A stretch of DNA of 64,000 nt from Fidelibacterota bacterium (GTDB lineage Bacteria > Fidelibacterota > Marinisomatia > Marinisomatales > Marinisomataceae), in the NCBI GenBank assembly GCA_017856055.1, contig JAFMFP010000001.1, positions 17,237 through 81,236 on the forward strand. Reading direction: 5' to 3'. The notes below the pieces were generated by a model. That model had not been told where the DNA came from. It saw nothing but the letters and a program-made list of their open reading frames with translations, and made no database searches. A program made the position numbers and the translations under genes. Position 1 is the stretch's first letter. Each line of letters begins with the position of its first letter. Below, in pieces: positions 1-14,504 of the stretch.

Positions 1-783
1 TAATGAATTTTTAAACTGTCTTTCAACTCTAACTGTAAGCGTTTTAATTGATCTAAGCAATAACCAAGCATCAAACGAGCTTTGAAGAGAACCTGCGGTA
101 TTTTGAATTAGCTGAATCTTTGAATTTAATTGATCTCCATTTAACATTAAAGCTCCACCAATTATGTCTGAATGACCTCCAAGAAATTTAGTGGTACTAT
201 GCATAACAATATCTGCACCTAACTTAAGCGGCTGTTGACCATACGGGCTCATAAATGTGTTGTCTACACTTAAGATGCAATTATTTTGTTTAGCTATTTT
301 AGAAATAGCTTCAATATCTGCTAACTCTAATAAAGGGTTACTAGGTGATTCTATATGGATATGTTTCGTATTCTTTTTTATGGATTCTTTAACACAATTC
401 AAATCAGAAGTATCAATAAAATCATAGTCTATACCAGTATCATTTAAAACTCTTGTCACTAATCTAAAAACCCCACCATAAACATTTCGAGATAACAAAA
501 TATGATCATTTGGTTTATACATTAAAAAAATAGCTGTCATTGCTGCCATCCCAGAGCTAAACCCATAAGCATTTTCTGCACTTTCTAAATTGGCTAAACT
601 CTCTTCCAATGCAGCCAAAGTTGGATTACCAGTACGAGCATATACAAATTGTTCAGTGCTTTCAAACTTTTTTTGCTTAAAAGTTGAAGTGAGATGTAAA
701 GGAGTTACAGTAGAAGAGGTTTCATCAATTCTATTTCCAATATGAACAATTCTTGAATCAAATTTAAGATTTTTTTTAGACAC
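1..783 (-). CDS. Cys/Met-metabolism PLP-dependent enzyme (cystathionine beta-lyase / gamma-synthase family), partial: C-terminus runs off the window
   Basis: Not in the ORF track because there is no stop inside the window. My minus-strand translation from GTG at 783 reads MSKKNLKFDSRIVHIGN...FVYARTGNPTLAALEE...IESPSNPLL...MHSTTKFLGGHSD, which contains the PLP-lysine S-x-T-K motif. The GTG overlaps the secA stop by 8 nt; the start is uncertain. Confidence 0.8.
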   Translation of the reverse strand, partial: MSKKNLKFDSRIVHIGNRIDETSSTVTPLHLTSTFKQKKFESTEQFVYARTGNPTLAALEESLANLESAENAYGFSSGMAAMTAIFLMYKPNDHILLSRNVYGGVFRLVTRVLNDTGIDYDFIDTSDLNCVKESIKKNTKHIHIESPSNPLLELADIEAISKIAKQNNCILSVDNTFMSPYGQQPLKLGADIVMHSTTKFLGGHSDIIGGALMLNGDQLNSKIQLIQNTAGSLQSSFDAWLLLRSIKTLTVRVERQFKNSL

Positions 784-3721
784 GTTTATACCCCTGAGAT
801 AAATATACATCTAATTTTTTATATTTAATTTCTTTTTTCTCTCCAGATGGTGAAATGACAATAATTTTTGAATTTCTTCCAATTTTATTATCAGAAGTAT
901 CATTCAAATCTTCATTAGATTGGGATTGATTTATGAAATTCTCTGAGTGTGACAACTTAACTCGTTTTGGAGAAGTAACTTGGGACTGATTTTCTGCATT
1001 AATTTGAGCATGAAAAATTCGCTGAACTATTGATGCTTTTAAGCTCGATAATAGCTCTTGAAAAAGAATAAATGATTCTGATTTATATTCAATTAAAGGA
1101 TTTTTTTGACCATATGCTCTTAATCCGATTCCCTCTCTTAATTGGTCCATTGCCAGTAAATGATTTCTCCATTTTTCATCAATCGTTTTTAAAAATATAA
1201 GCTTCTCAACTTTCCTTAAAATTTCTTCAGGAATTATTGATTCCTTTTTTGAATAGTAATCAATTGCAATGGAGAAGCAATTTTTTACAATCATTTCAAT
1301 ATCATCAAGGGCACTTAATTCTTCTTCATCAATCTCAATCATAAGCTTAGTTCTTAAGTTGTTCTTAATTTCATTCCAATCCAAATCTTCAACTTTTATA
1401 TCCTCGTTTTTATAAAAAATATCTAAAAGATAATCTTCAATAAATTCGTCTAAGGTCGACTTTATTGAATCTTCTTTAAGAGCTTTATTTCTTAGTTCAT
1501 AAATAATTGTTCTATGATGGTTTAAAACATCATCATATTCCAACAAGTGTTTTCTTATAGCAAAATTTCTTTCTTCAACTTTCTGTTGCGCATTTTTGAC
1601 TCCTCGATTAAGCATTCCTGCACTTAATTCTTGATTTTCATCAATCGATAGCCTATCCATATAAGTTGCCAGCTTATCCATATTAAATAGTCTCATTAAA
1701 TCATCCTCAAGAGAAATATAAAATCTTGAGGATCCGTTGTCACCTTGCCTTCCTGCTCTACCCATCAATTGTAAATCAATTCTTCTAGATTCATGTCTAG
1801 CCGTACCGATTATATGCAATCCACCAATTTCTTCAACACCGGGTCCTAGCTTTATATCTGTTCCCCTACCTGCCATGTTAGTAGCTATAGTAACTGATTT
1901 TTTTAAACCGGCTTGAGCAACTATTTCAGCCTCTCTTTGGTGTTGTTTTGCATTTAAAACATTATGAGGAATTCCACTTTTTTTTAACATTTTAGACAAG
2001 AGTTCTGAAACATCAACAGACACTGTTCCAATTAGAACTGGTTGGCCTGTTTTATAATACGAAATAACCTCATTGATTACTGCCTGATATTTTGCCTGCA
2101 TCGATTTATAAATAACATCATCAAAATCTTTGCGTGCAACAGGCTTGTGTGTTGGAATGACAGTAACTTCTAATTTATAAATTTTTTCAAACTCCGCTGC
2201 TTCAGTTTCTGCGGTTCCAGTCATTCCGGCTAATTTATTGTACATTCTAAAATAATTTTGAAGTGTGATTGAGGCTAGTGTTTGCGTTTCATTTTCAATC
2301 TTTACATTTTCTTTTGATTCTAAAGCTTGGTGTAACCCTCCACTGAATCTTCTTCCAGGTAAAACACGACCCGTAAACTCATCAACAATAAGCACTTGTC
2401 CATTTTGAACAACATATTCAACATCTTTCTCAAATAATGTATAAGCTTTTAAAAGCTGTTGGAGGTGATGTATTCTTGAACTTCTACTGGAATGCAAAGA
2501 ATAAGCCTCCTCTTTTTTAATCAACTTGTCATTTTCATCGATTTGCATTTCATCAATTTCTGAAAGCATTTCTCCTAAATTTGGAATTGTGAATGATTCT
2601 GGATTATCAGGAGATAAAAACTCTCTTCCTTTATCAGATAGATCAACGGAGTTAGATTGTTCATCAATAACAAAAAATAAATCTTCATCAAGTTCATGAA
2701 CTTTTTTTTCAGCAATAAACTGAGATTCAACACTATTCATTAACTTTAAATTTCCTGGAGTTTGAAATAATAATTGTAAACTTTCATTCTTTGGCAATCC
2801 CTTCTTTGCTTTCAAAAGCAAAAGTCCAGCTTGAAATTTATCTTCATTTGTTATTTTATCTTTTTGCAATAAGGATTTTGATTCATTAAGTAAAGAATGG
2901 ACTAAATTTTCTTGCTTTCTTACTATAGATTGTACTGAGGGTCTTAACTCAATGTATGACTGATCAATTTGAGATTCAACTGGTCCAGATATAATTAATG
3001 GAGTTCTAGCTTCATCAATTAATACACTATCAACTTCATCAACGATTGCAAAATTATGTTTTCTCTGGACTAGATGCTCAGGGTCTACAGACATATTATC
3101 TCTCAAATAATCGAAGCCAAACTCATTATTGGTTCCATAAGTAATATCATTGCTATATGAAACTTTCCTTTCAAATGGATTCATAGAATTAATAATAAAC
3201 CCTACCTTTAATCCTAGGGTTTCGAACACTCTCCCCATCCACTGTGCGTCTCTTTTTGCCAGATAATCATTAACTGTAATTACATGAACTCCTTTGCCAG
3301 TAAGAGCATTTAAATAAATAGGAAAAGTTGCAACTAATGTTTTTCCTTCTCCGGTCTTCATTTCAGCAATCTTTCCTTGATGGAGCACTACTCCTCCAAT
3401 AATCTGTTCATCGTAAGGTATCATTTCCCATTTAATAACCTGACCAACAACCTCCCATTCTTTCCCAACCAAAAGCCTACAAGCATGTTTAACCATTGCA
3501 AATGTTTCAATAACATAGGAGTCAAGAACTTCTTTCTCATTTTCTGTGGAAAGAATTTTTTGCTGAATCTCTTCCTTGATTTCCTGTGTTCGATTTTGGA
3601 GATCAGCTTCGGTGTAATTTTCAATTGAATTATAATAATTATTGATTTTTTCAACCAACGGTAGAATCTTTTTAATTTCTCTATCTGACTTAGTGCCGAA
3701 AATTTTAGATAAAATTGACAT
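776..3721 (-). CDS. secA: preprotein translocase ATPase SecA
   Basis: 981 aa. Walker A MKTGEGKT, DEAD-like DEVDSVLIDEARTPLIISG, and the conserved TNMAGRGTDI and GRAGRQGD motifs. Confidence 0.97.
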   Translation of the reverse strand: MSILSKIFGTKSDREIKKILPLVEKINNYYNSIENYTEADLQNRTQEIKEEIQQKILSTENEKEVLDSYVIETFAMVKHACRLLVGKEWEVVGQVIKWEMIPYDEQIIGGVVLHQGKIAEMKTGEGKTLVATFPIYLNALTGKGVHVITVNDYLAKRDAQWMGRVFETLGLKVGFIINSMNPFERKVSYSNDITYGTNNEFGFDYLRDNMSVDPEHLVQRKHNFAIVDEVDSVLIDEARTPLIISGPVESQIDQSYIELRPSVQSIVRKQENLVHSLLNESKSLLQKDKITNEDKFQAGLLLLKAKKGLPKNESLQLLFQTPGNLKLMNSVESQFIAEKKVHELDEDLFFVIDEQSNSVDLSDKGREFLSPDNPESFTIPNLGEMLSEIDEMQIDENDKLIKKEEAYSLHSSRSSRIHHLQQLLKAYTLFEKDVEYVVQNGQVLIVDEFTGRVLPGRRFSGGLHQALESKENVKIENETQTLASITLQNYFRMYNKLAGMTGTAETEAAEFEKIYKLEVTVIPTHKPVARKDFDDVIYKSMQAKYQAVINEVISYYKTGQPVLIGTVSVDVSELLSKMLKKSGIPHNVLNAKQHQREAEIVAQAGLKKSVTIATNMAGRGTDIKLGPGVEEIGGLHIIGTARHESRRIDLQLMGRAGRQGDNGSSRFYISLEDDLMRLFNMDKLATYMDRLSIDENQELSAGMLNRGVKNAQQKVEERNFAIRKHLLEYDDVLNHHRTIIYELRNKALKEDSIKSTLDEFIEDYLLDIFYKNEDIKVEDLDWNEIKNNLRTKLMIEIDEEELSALDDIEMIVKNCFSIAIDYYSKKESIIPEEILRKVEKLIFLKTIDEKWRNHLLAMDQLREGIGLRAYGQKNPLIEYKSESFILFQELLSSLKASIVQRIFHAQINAENQSQVTSPKRVKLSHSENFINQSQSNEDLNDTSDNKIGRNSKIIVISPSGEKKEIKYKKLDVYLSQGYKRV

Positions 3722-3723
3722 AA

Positions 3724-4134
3724 TTATTGTTTTTTAAAAATTGAGTCTAAAATTCCATTAACAAAAGCAATACTTTCATCTGAACTAAATTTTTTAGCAT
3801 TTTCAATTGCTGTACTTATGGTAATCTTATGAGAAATATCATATTGCTTTAAATGAATCATTTCTGCTAAAGACATTTGAAGAATTATTTTATCAATCAA
3901 ATTTATTCTTTCAATGCTCCAATTATTTAAATGTAATTCAATTTGAGAGCTAATTGATGGTTCGTTTTTAATTGAAGCATAAAATAAATCATGAACAAAT
4001 TCTTTCGTAGGTTCATCAAAATTATATCTAGCATTAATATCTAAAAGAATTTTTTCAGGTTCTTCATTAGATAAACTTTTAGAATAAAGCGCCTGCAAAA
4101 CGGCTTCTCTTGCCTGTTTTCTAAGTTGCTTCAT
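3724..4134 (-). CDS. nusB: transcription antitermination factor NusB
   Basis: 136 aa. N-terminal RKQAREAVLQALY pattern and size are typical of NusB. It lies immediately downstream of the leucine dehydrogenase gene. Confidence 0.8.
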   Translation of the reverse strand: MKQLRKQAREAVLQALYSKSLSNEEPEKILLDINARYNFDEPTKEFVHDLFYASIKNEPSISSQIELHLNNWSIERINLIDKIILQMSLAEMIHLKQYDISHKITISTAIENAKKFSSDESIAFVNGILDSIFKKQ

Positions 4135-4143
4135 TTATTAAAA

Positions 4144-5193
4144 TTATTTTGAATCTTGAATTCGCTTTTCAGCTAATAAGTTAGCTGCATCTATTGTTGA
4201 CAGGTTTTGATTTTCAGATAAATCAAAAATTTCTAATAATGTTTCATAAATACCTTCAACTTGATTAGTTGCTTTTTTTGAATCATAGCCGGTTAACTCA
4301 TTTGCAACATTCATCAACCCTCCAGCATTAATAACATAGTCTGGAACATATAAGATTTTTTTTTCATTAATGGTTTCTGATTCTCTTTTCTCATTTAATA
4401 ATTGATTATTTGCAGCACCTGCAATGATTTGACAATTTAAATTCTCTAAGGTTTGAGGGTTTATAATTCCTCCAAGTGCACAAGGAGAAAAAATATCCAA
4501 CTCTAATTTCATTAAATCATTATTTGAAATAGAGGTTACTCCAAATTCTCTAGAAACAAGATCCAATCTTTCTTGATCAACATCAAAACCATATATTTGA
4601 GCACCGGCTTCAAATAAATGTTTTGAAAGATAATAGCCCACTTTTCCAAACCCTTGGATTCCAACTTTTAAATTTTTAAAGGATTCTATTTGATACTTTT
4701 TTTTCAATGCAGCTTTCATTCCAATAAAAACTCCTAAAGCTGTAAAAATTGAAGGGTCTCCACTTCCACCTAAAGACTTTGTGATACCTGTAACATGATT
4801 AGTTTGGCTTCTAATGTATTCCATATCTTCAACTGTCATACCAACATCTTCTGCAGTAATATATCTACCATTTAAGGTATCTACAAAACGTCCAAAAGAT
4901 TCTAATAATTCTTTAGTTTTAATTTTTTTTGGGTCTCCAATAATGACTGCTTTCCCTCCTCCAAGATTTAAATTAGAAATTGATGCTTTGTAGGTCATGC
5001 CTCTAGACAATCTAAGAACATCTTCCAATGCCTCAGATTCGCTTTGGTAGGGATACATTCTACATCCTCCCAAGGAAGGCCCAAGAACAGTATTATGTAT
5101 TGCGATGATAGCTTGCAATCCTGTTTTATTATCATTACAATAAACTACTTGCTCATGACCATAAGAGGTTATTTTTTCAAATGTGTTACTCAT
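4144..5193 (-). CDS. leucine (Leu/Val/Phe) dehydrogenase, Glu/Leu/Phe/Val dehydrogenase family
   Basis: 349 aa. GLQAIIAIHNTVLGPSLGGCRM...EALEDVLRLSRGMTYK...LNLGGGKAVIIGDP closely follows the Bacillus-type leucine dehydrogenase N-terminal catalytic region. Rossmann motif GFGKVG is present. Confidence 0.85.
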   Translation of the reverse strand: MSNTFEKITSYGHEQVVYCNDNKTGLQAIIAIHNTVLGPSLGGCRMYPYQSESEALEDVLRLSRGMTYKASISNLNLGGGKAVIIGDPKKIKTKELLESFGRFVDTLNGRYITAEDVGMTVEDMEYIRSQTNHVTGITKSLGGSGDPSIFTALGVFIGMKAALKKKYQIESFKNLKVGIQGFGKVGYYLSKHLFEAGAQIYGFDVDQERLDLVSREFGVTSISNNDLMKLELDIFSPCALGGIINPQTLENLNCQIIAGAANNQLLNEKRESETINEKKILYVPDYVINAGGLMNVANELTGYDSKKATNQVEGIYETLLEIFDLSENQNLSTIDAANLLAEKRIQDSK

Positions 5194-6137
5194 TTATTTT
5201 TCTCTTTCTCTGAATTGGAGTATGCAGAAATAATTTTTTTGACTAAATGATGTCTAGCAATATCCGTTTGTTTAAGTTCCACGGTTCCAATCCCTTTTAT
5301 ATTTTTAAGAATTTCTAATATATCAACTAGACCAGAATACTTCTTTGAAGGCAAATCAATTTGAGAAATATCACCAGTAACGATTGCTCTTGAATCTACT
5401 CCAAGTCTAGTTAAAAACATCTTCATTTGGATATTTGATGCATTCTGAGCTTCATCAAGAATCATTACTGCCCTATTAATTGTTCTACCACGCATGTAAG
5501 CTAGGGGAATAATCTCAATTATGCCGTTATCTAAAAAATTTTGAATTTTATTTTTAGGCAATAAGTCATTTAAAGAATCATAGAGGGGCCCTAAATATGG
5601 ATCAATTTTTTCCTTGAGGTTTCCTGGTAAAAACCCAAGATTTTCTCCTGCTTCAACAGCGGGTCTGCAAAATATGACTTTATCAATTTCTCTTTTTTCG
5701 AGCAAAGACAATGCATATGCCACTGTCAAAAAAGTTTTACCTGTTCCTGCTGGACCTGCTGCAATAACAATTTCATTTTTTTGAAACGTTTCAATTAATT
5801 TTTGCTGACCTTTAGTTCTAGGATAAATTGCACCTTTCTTACCATAATAAACTACATTGTTAATCGATATTTCGGAATTAACATTAGTAAAATTTAGAGC
5901 AATTAACTTATTAATGTCCTTAGTGTTTAAATTATTACCCTTTTTAATAGAGTCGACCATTTGTTGAAGGATTTGATCAAAATCATCAATATCTTTTTTA
6001 AGTCCCTGACAAAAAATATTATTACCTCTTATGTTAATATCTACAGGGAGATTTTTATCTAAAAATAAAATATTTTGGTCACCAGCTCCATAAAGTGATG
6101 TCAAATCAATTCCACTAATTTCAAAAGTCTTCTTCAT
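5190..6137 (-). CDS. phoH: PhoH-family ATPase (YbeZ-like)
   Basis: 315 aa. Walker A GPAGTGKTFL and Walker B MILDEAQN, with the typical PhoH C-terminal block. Confidence 0.9.
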   Translation of the reverse strand: MKKTFEISGIDLTSLYGAGDQNILFLDKNLPVDINIRGNNIFCQGLKKDIDDFDQILQQMVDSIKKGNNLNTKDINKLIALNFTNVNSEISINNVVYYGKKGAIYPRTKGQQKLIETFQKNEIVIAAGPAGTGKTFLTVAYALSLLEKREIDKVIFCRPAVEAGENLGFLPGNLKEKIDPYLGPLYDSLNDLLPKNKIQNFLDNGIIEIIPLAYMRGRTINRAVMILDEAQNASNIQMKMFLTRLGVDSRAIVTGDISQIDLPSKKYSGLVDILEILKNIKGIGTVELKQTDIARHHLVKKIISAYSNSEKEKNK

Positions 6138-7879
6138 TAATTTTTTATTTTTATTCCAAGGTCATCTAATTGACTTTCATCAACTTCACTAGGCGCATCT
6201 TCCATTAACGCTGATGCAGAAGTAGTTTTTGGGAATGCTATGACATCTCTGATATTGTCAGATCCTGATAAAAGCATGACTAGTCGGTCTAAACCAAATG
6301 CGATTCCTCCGTGAGAAGGGGCTCCATAACTTAGTGCATCAACAAAAAAACCAAATTTCTCATTGATTTCATTTTCGGACAAATTTAAAATTTGAAAAAT
6401 TTTACTTTGGATTTCGCTATTATGAATCCTGATAGATCCACCTCCCACTTCATATCCATTGATTACAATATCATAACCTTTAGATAAAGCATCTTCAGGT
6501 TTATTTTCTAATAATTTAATATCTTCATCTTTTGGAGCAGTAAAAGGGTGGTTGACCGAATCAAATTTTTTCTTTTGATTATCCCACTCAAATAAAGGAA
6601 AATCTTTAATCCAAACTGGAGCATAAATATCTCTCTTAATCAAATCAAGCTTATGCCCTAAATCAATTCTAATTTTTCCTAAAATTTTTGATGCTTTATC
6701 GAAACTATCTCCAATAAATAATAGAATTGAAGAATCCTTTAAGTTAAAATTTTTAATAATTTCGTTCTGAAGATCAGAATCAAAAAATTTAGAAATTCCT
6801 CCGTCAAATTTTTGCCCATCATATTTCATCCATGCAACACCCTTTGCGCCATCATTCTGGGCTATTATATCTAGCTCTGAAAGTTGTTTTCTTGTGAAAA
6901 AATCATTTTTATTAGAAATAATCATTCCAGATACATACTCAGTAGATTTAAATGACTCAAAATTAGACTTCTTGCCAAATGGACTAAAATCGAATAATTC
7001 AATCCCGAATCGTAAATCAGGCTTATCAGTTCCATACTTTGATATGGCTTCTCTATAACTTAGTGATGGGAATGGAGATTGAAATTTATATGAAATGGTC
7101 TTTTCAAAAACCTCTGAAAGCAAATTTTCAACTGTTTTCATTACTTCAGACTCATCGATAAAGCTCATTTCTAAATCTATTTGAGTAAACTCTGGCTGTC
7201 TATCAGACCTTAAATCTTCATCTCTAAAACATTTTACTATTTGAAAATATTTATCTAAGCCAGATATCATAAAAAGTTGCTTGTACATTTGCGGAGATTG
7301 AGGTAAGGCATAAAATTTACCTTTATGAACTCGACTAGGAACTAGATAATCTCTTGCTCCTTCTGGAGTAGATTTCATCAAAATAGGAGTTTCTATTTCA
7401 ATAAAATCTAATTTTGATAAATAATTTCTCACAACTTGTGTAGTTTGATGTCTAATTATAAGATTATTTTGTAAAGATTTATTCCTAAGTTCTAAATATC
7501 GGTATTTTAATCGATGTTCTTCTGATGAACTCTCCCTATCATGAATTGAAAGAGGTAAGGGTTTAGTTGAATTAATAATTTCGCATGAGTTGACAAAAAT
7601 TTCAATAGAACCAGTAGAAAGATTTGGGTTCTTTAAACTGTCTTCTCTTTCTGAAACCTTACCTTCTATTGTAATTACATCTTCTAAAGATATCTTTTTT
7701 GTAATTAATGTTAAAGGTTCCGATTCGAAAACAAGCTGAACAAGTCCGTATCTATCACGTAAATCTATAAATGTAATTTTACCGTGAGTTCTAATAGAAT
7801 GAACCCATCCTGATAGAATAACACTATCTTTAATGTTATCTATCGACAATTCACCACATTTATGTGTACGAAATTTCAT
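6137..7879 (-). CDS. aspS: aspartate--tRNA ligase
   Basis: 580 aa. Class II motifs [23 protein letters not shown] and [13 protein letters not shown], plus an N-terminal OB anticodon-binding domain. Confidence 0.95.
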   Translation of the reverse strand: MKFRTHKCGELSIDNIKDSVILSGWVHSIRTHGKITFIDLRDRYGLVQLVFESEPLTLITKKISLEDVITIEGKVSEREDSLKNPNLSTGSIEIFVNSCEIINSTKPLPLSIHDRESSSEEHRLKYRYLELRNKSLQNNLIIRHQTTQVVRNYLSKLDFIEIETPILMKSTPEGARDYLVPSRVHKGKFYALPQSPQMYKQLFMISGLDKYFQIVKCFRDEDLRSDRQPEFTQIDLEMSFIDESEVMKTVENLLSEVFEKTISYKFQSPFPSLSYREAISKYGTDKPDLRFGIELFDFSPFGKKSNFESFKSTEYVSGMIISNKNDFFTRKQLSELDIIAQNDGAKGVAWMKYDGQKFDGGISKFFDSDLQNEIIKNFNLKDSSILLFIGDSFDKASKILGKIRIDLGHKLDLIKRDIYAPVWIKDFPLFEWDNQKKKFDSVNHPFTAPKDEDIKLLENKPEDALSKGYDIVINGYEVGGGSIRIHNSEIQSKIFQILNLSENEINEKFGFFVDALSYGAPSHGGIAFGLDRLVMLLSGSDNIRDVIAFPKTTSASALMEDAPSEVDESQLDDLGIKIKN

Positions 7880-7894
7880 ATTTTAAAAATCTAT

Positions 7895-8175
7895 TTATTT
7901 TACTTCTTGAATATCTTCAAGAAGAACAACAACTCTATCCTCAATATCATCAGCAGGATCAGAATTAATGTCAACAATACCAGATGAACAAGAAAAATCA
8001 ATTTTCTCTTTCGCTGTTTTCACTGATATTACACCTTCTTTTAGATTAATGATAGAATTAGTATGGTTTTTTAATATGCCAAAATATCCACTTTCACCTG
8101 GGCATAATGTATGAACAACATCACTAAATTTATAGCTCTTCAAAGGAGTAATAATTTCTAGTGTATATCCATTCA

Positions 8176-8176
<1 letters not shown>
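7895..8176 (-). CDS. atpC: F1 ATP synthase subunit epsilon (short form, beta-sandwich only)
   Basis: 93 aa. It lies directly after atpD, with its ATG overlapping the atpD stop by 1 nt. The N-terminal LEIITP... pattern fits epsilon. There is no room for the C-terminal helical hairpin. Confidence 0.8.
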
Positions 8177-10431
<2,255 letters not shown>

Positions 10432-10432
<1 letters not shown>

Positions 10433-11949
10433 TAAAACTTCTTCTTGAATTCCTCAACTGCGCTATTCATTTTCTTAGATAAATCATCAGAAATATCACC
10501 AGTACTAACTATTTCACCTAATAAATCTGAATGCTTGCTTTCAAAATGCTCTAAAAGACCTATCTCAAACTCTTTAACAGATTCCAAATCTATATCATCA
10601 AGATATCCCTGGCTAGCGGCGTAAATGATAACAACTTGCTTTTCAGTTGACATAGGTACATATTGATTCTGTTTTAAAATCTCTACCATTCTTCTACCTC
10701 TAGTAATTTGAGCAGCGGTGGAATCATCAAGATCAGAAGCAAATTTTGCAAACGCTTCTAATTCTCTAAACTGGGCCAAATCTAATCTTAGTTTTCCAGC
10801 AATTTTCTTCATTGCTTTAATTTGAGCACTTCCCCCAACTCTTGAAACTGATAGCCCCACATCCACAGCTGGACGAACACCTCCATTAAATAGATTTGTA
10901 TCTAAATAAATTTGCCCATCAGTAATAGAAATTACATTAGTAGGAATATAAGCTGATACGTCTCCCTCTTGGGTTTCAATAACAGGTAATGCTGTTAATG
11001 ATCCTGAGCCTAAGTCTTTCGATAATTTCGATGCCCTTTCCAATAAACGGCTATGCAAGTAGAAAACATCTCCAGGGAAAGCTTCTCTACCTGGAGGTCT
11101 TCTCAAAACGAGTGACATTTGTCTATATGCTGTAGCTTGCTTTGATAAATCATCATAAACAATCAACCCATGCATTCCATTATCTCGATAATATTCACCC
11201 ATCGCACAACCAGCATAGGGAGCTATATATTGTAATGGGGCAGGATCAGATGCATTAGCTACTACTACGGTTGTATATTCCATTGCTCCATTTGCTTCAA
11301 GTTCAGCAACTAATTTTGCAACCGTTGATGCTTTCTGACCTATGGCTACGTATATACAATAAACAGGACTATCAGAATTGTGAGTAGATTTCTGATTAAT
11401 GATCGCATCAATTGCAATCGCAGATTTACCAGTTTGTCTATCTCCAATAATCAGCTCTCTTTGTCCTCTTCCAATTGGAATCATACTGTCAATTGATTTT
11501 AATCCAGTTTGAAGGGGTTCTTTAACTGGAAATCTTTGCATAACTCCCAAAGCTTTTCTTTCGATTGGTAATGAGTTCTTGGCATTGATTGGGCCTTTAC
11601 CATCAAGAGGTTGCCCAAGAGGATCTACGACACGACCTAATAATTCTTTACCAACAGGTACTTCAACCACTTTTCCAGTTCGTTTAACTGTATCGCCTTC
11701 TTTGACTAAGCTACTATCACCAAAAAGTACCGCACCAACATTTTCTTCTTCTAAATTCAAAGCCATTCCAAAAACATTGTTTGGGAATTCAACTAATTCA
11801 GAACTCATAACGTTACCAAGTCCACTGGTTCTAGCGACACCATCACCTATTTCCAAGACTTCACCTACTTCATTAACATCAACTCCAGCGTTAATGTTAT
11901 TGATCTGACTTCTTAACAAATCACCGATTTCATTTGTTTTAATGTCCAT
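10432..11949 (-). CDS. atpA: F1 ATP synthase subunit alpha
   Basis: 505 aa. P-loop [11 protein letters not shown]; conserved along the whole length. Confidence 0.98.
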
Positions 11950-12492
11950 TTATACCCCTATTAATTTTGATTTTGCATTTTCAAGTTTTGTTAGTAGAGA
12001 ATTGTCATATAGAACATCGTCTACTTTTATCTTAAGACCACCAAGCAGTTTATTATCAACAAAAAACTCTATTTTAACCTTCTTATTAATAATTTCACTT
12101 AATGAGCTTTTGATATCTTCCATAAGAGATGTTTCAAGTTTTTGCGATGAAGTGATCTCTACGAAAGCTATATTTAATTTCTCTTTAGAAAGCAAAGTAA
12201 AGTGTTTATCAATCTGATTAATCAAATGAATATCATTGTTCTCAATAACAACCTTCAAAATCTCAAACAACGTTTCATGCATGGAACTAGCTAAAGCACT
12301 TTCAAAAAGATTAACTTTTTCTAAAATACTAACAGATTTAGACTTAAAAAAAGAACCTACTGTTAAATCATTTTTTAACGAAAAACTAAATTCAAAAAGT
12401 TCACTTTTGACTTTAAGAAAATCCTCAAATGAGTTTACACAATTGTTCAAGTTTTCAGAATAAATGCTAATTTTTTTATTATTTTGCTTCAT
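11950..12492 (-). CDS. atpH: F1 ATP synthase subunit delta (OSCP)
   Basis: 180 aa. The call rests mainly on its position between atpF and atpA. The C-terminal LLGGLKIKVDDVLYDNSL matches the delta/OSCP C-terminal pattern. Confidence 0.8.
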   Translation of the reverse strand: MKQNNKKISIYSENLNNCVNSFEDFLKVKSELFEFSFSLKNDLTVGSFFKSKSVSILEKVNLFESALASSMHETLFEILKVVIENNDIHLINQIDKHFTLLSKEKLNIAFVEITSSQKLETSLMEDIKSSLSEIINKKVKIEFFVDNKLLGGLKIKVDDVLYDNSLLTKLENAKSKLIGV

Positions 12493-13048
12493 CTGCTTTC
12501 ATTGTTTCAAGTGATGACTTAACAAATTTCTTGTTATCGTCATCGTTTATGTTTCTTTGTAAAACTTTTGTCGCTAGATCTAAAGAAAGGCTTACTACTT
12601 CTTCTTTGATTTCTTTAATAGCTCGCTTTTTTTCAATTTCGATTTTTGATTTTGCTTCATCTAAAAACTCATTAGACTTCGCCTTCGCATCTTCAAGAAT
12701 TTTAGCTGCAGATTCTTCAGCTTTTGACTTACTATCATTGACAATTGCTTTACCTTCGTTTTTGGCATCATTAAGAATTTTTTCAGACTCTTCCTTGATT
12801 TTCTCTAAGTCAGTCTTTGCACTTTCTGCCATTTCTAAAGAACTTGCAATTTCCTTCTCCCTTTCATCAAGAAAGTTTAGTAAGGGGTTCCATGCAAATT
12901 TTTTCAGAACTAAAAGAACGGTGAGAAAAATTATTAATGACCAAACATAAGTACCTAATTCTGGAGTAAGTAAAGGGTTTACCCCCTTAGCATTCTCTTC
13001 AAGAAAAAGAAAACTTATACCAAATGTTGGCGTTAATATTAAGTTCAT
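12479..13048 (-). CDS. atpF: Fo ATP synthase subunit b
   Basis: 189 aa. One N-terminal TM segment (VWSLIIFLTVLLVL) followed by a long K/E/A-rich helix, in the operon position of subunit b. Confidence 0.85.
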   Translation of the reverse strand: MNLILTPTFGISFLFLEENAKGVNPLLTPELGTYVWSLIIFLTVLLVLKKFAWNPLLNFLDEREKEIASSLEMAESAKTDLEKIKEESEKILNDAKNEGKAIVNDSKSKAEESAAKILEDAKAKSNEFLDEAKSKIEIEKKRAIKEIKEEVVSLSLDLATKVLQRNINDDDNKKFVKSSLETMKADEAK

Positions 13049-13066
13049 ATTACTTCCTTATTTTGA

Positions 13067-14237
<1,171 letters not shown>

Positions 14238-14267
14238 ATTGAAAAACAGAAAAAAAGGAAGTTAAAA

Positions 14268-14504
14268 TTATTTATTTAATTTGACATGTTTAAAGGCTCT
14301 ATATGATGCGTGAAAAACACCTAAAATTATTGCTATAATTCTCCAAAAATCTTTAAGAAAGAAAAGCGAAACTAAAAACCAAGAAACAACTATTCCTAGA
14401 AATTCGAAATAAATTAAATAGCTTTCACTCAGAATAGATTGAAGTGTTTTTTTGGAATTATTCAATAATGATATCACACCTTCCAGAAAATTGGGCACCA
14501 TCAT
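14268..14504 (-). CDS. small 2-TM membrane protein at the AtpI/AtpZ position upstream of atpB
   Basis: 78 aa with two hydrophobic segments (FLGIVVSWFLVSLFFL and IIAIILGVF). The call rests on position only. It overlaps the bactofilin 3' end by 47 nt unless it starts at the internal TTG near 14463. Confidence 0.45.
   Translation of the reverse strand: MMVPNFLEGVISLLNNSKKTLQSILSESYLIYFEFLGIVVSWFLVSLFFLKDFWRIIAIILGVFHASYRAFKHVKLNK

Noticed and set aside
3377-3654. Small ORFs nested in secA (3377..3628 + and 3421..3654 -), and similar nested ORFs at 8130..8315, 22019..22249, 23269..23484, 27161..27364, 28462..28689, 53613..53831 and 60404..60619.
   Set aside because: They lie in alternative frames of strongly supported genes, have no independent signals, and have implausible composition.
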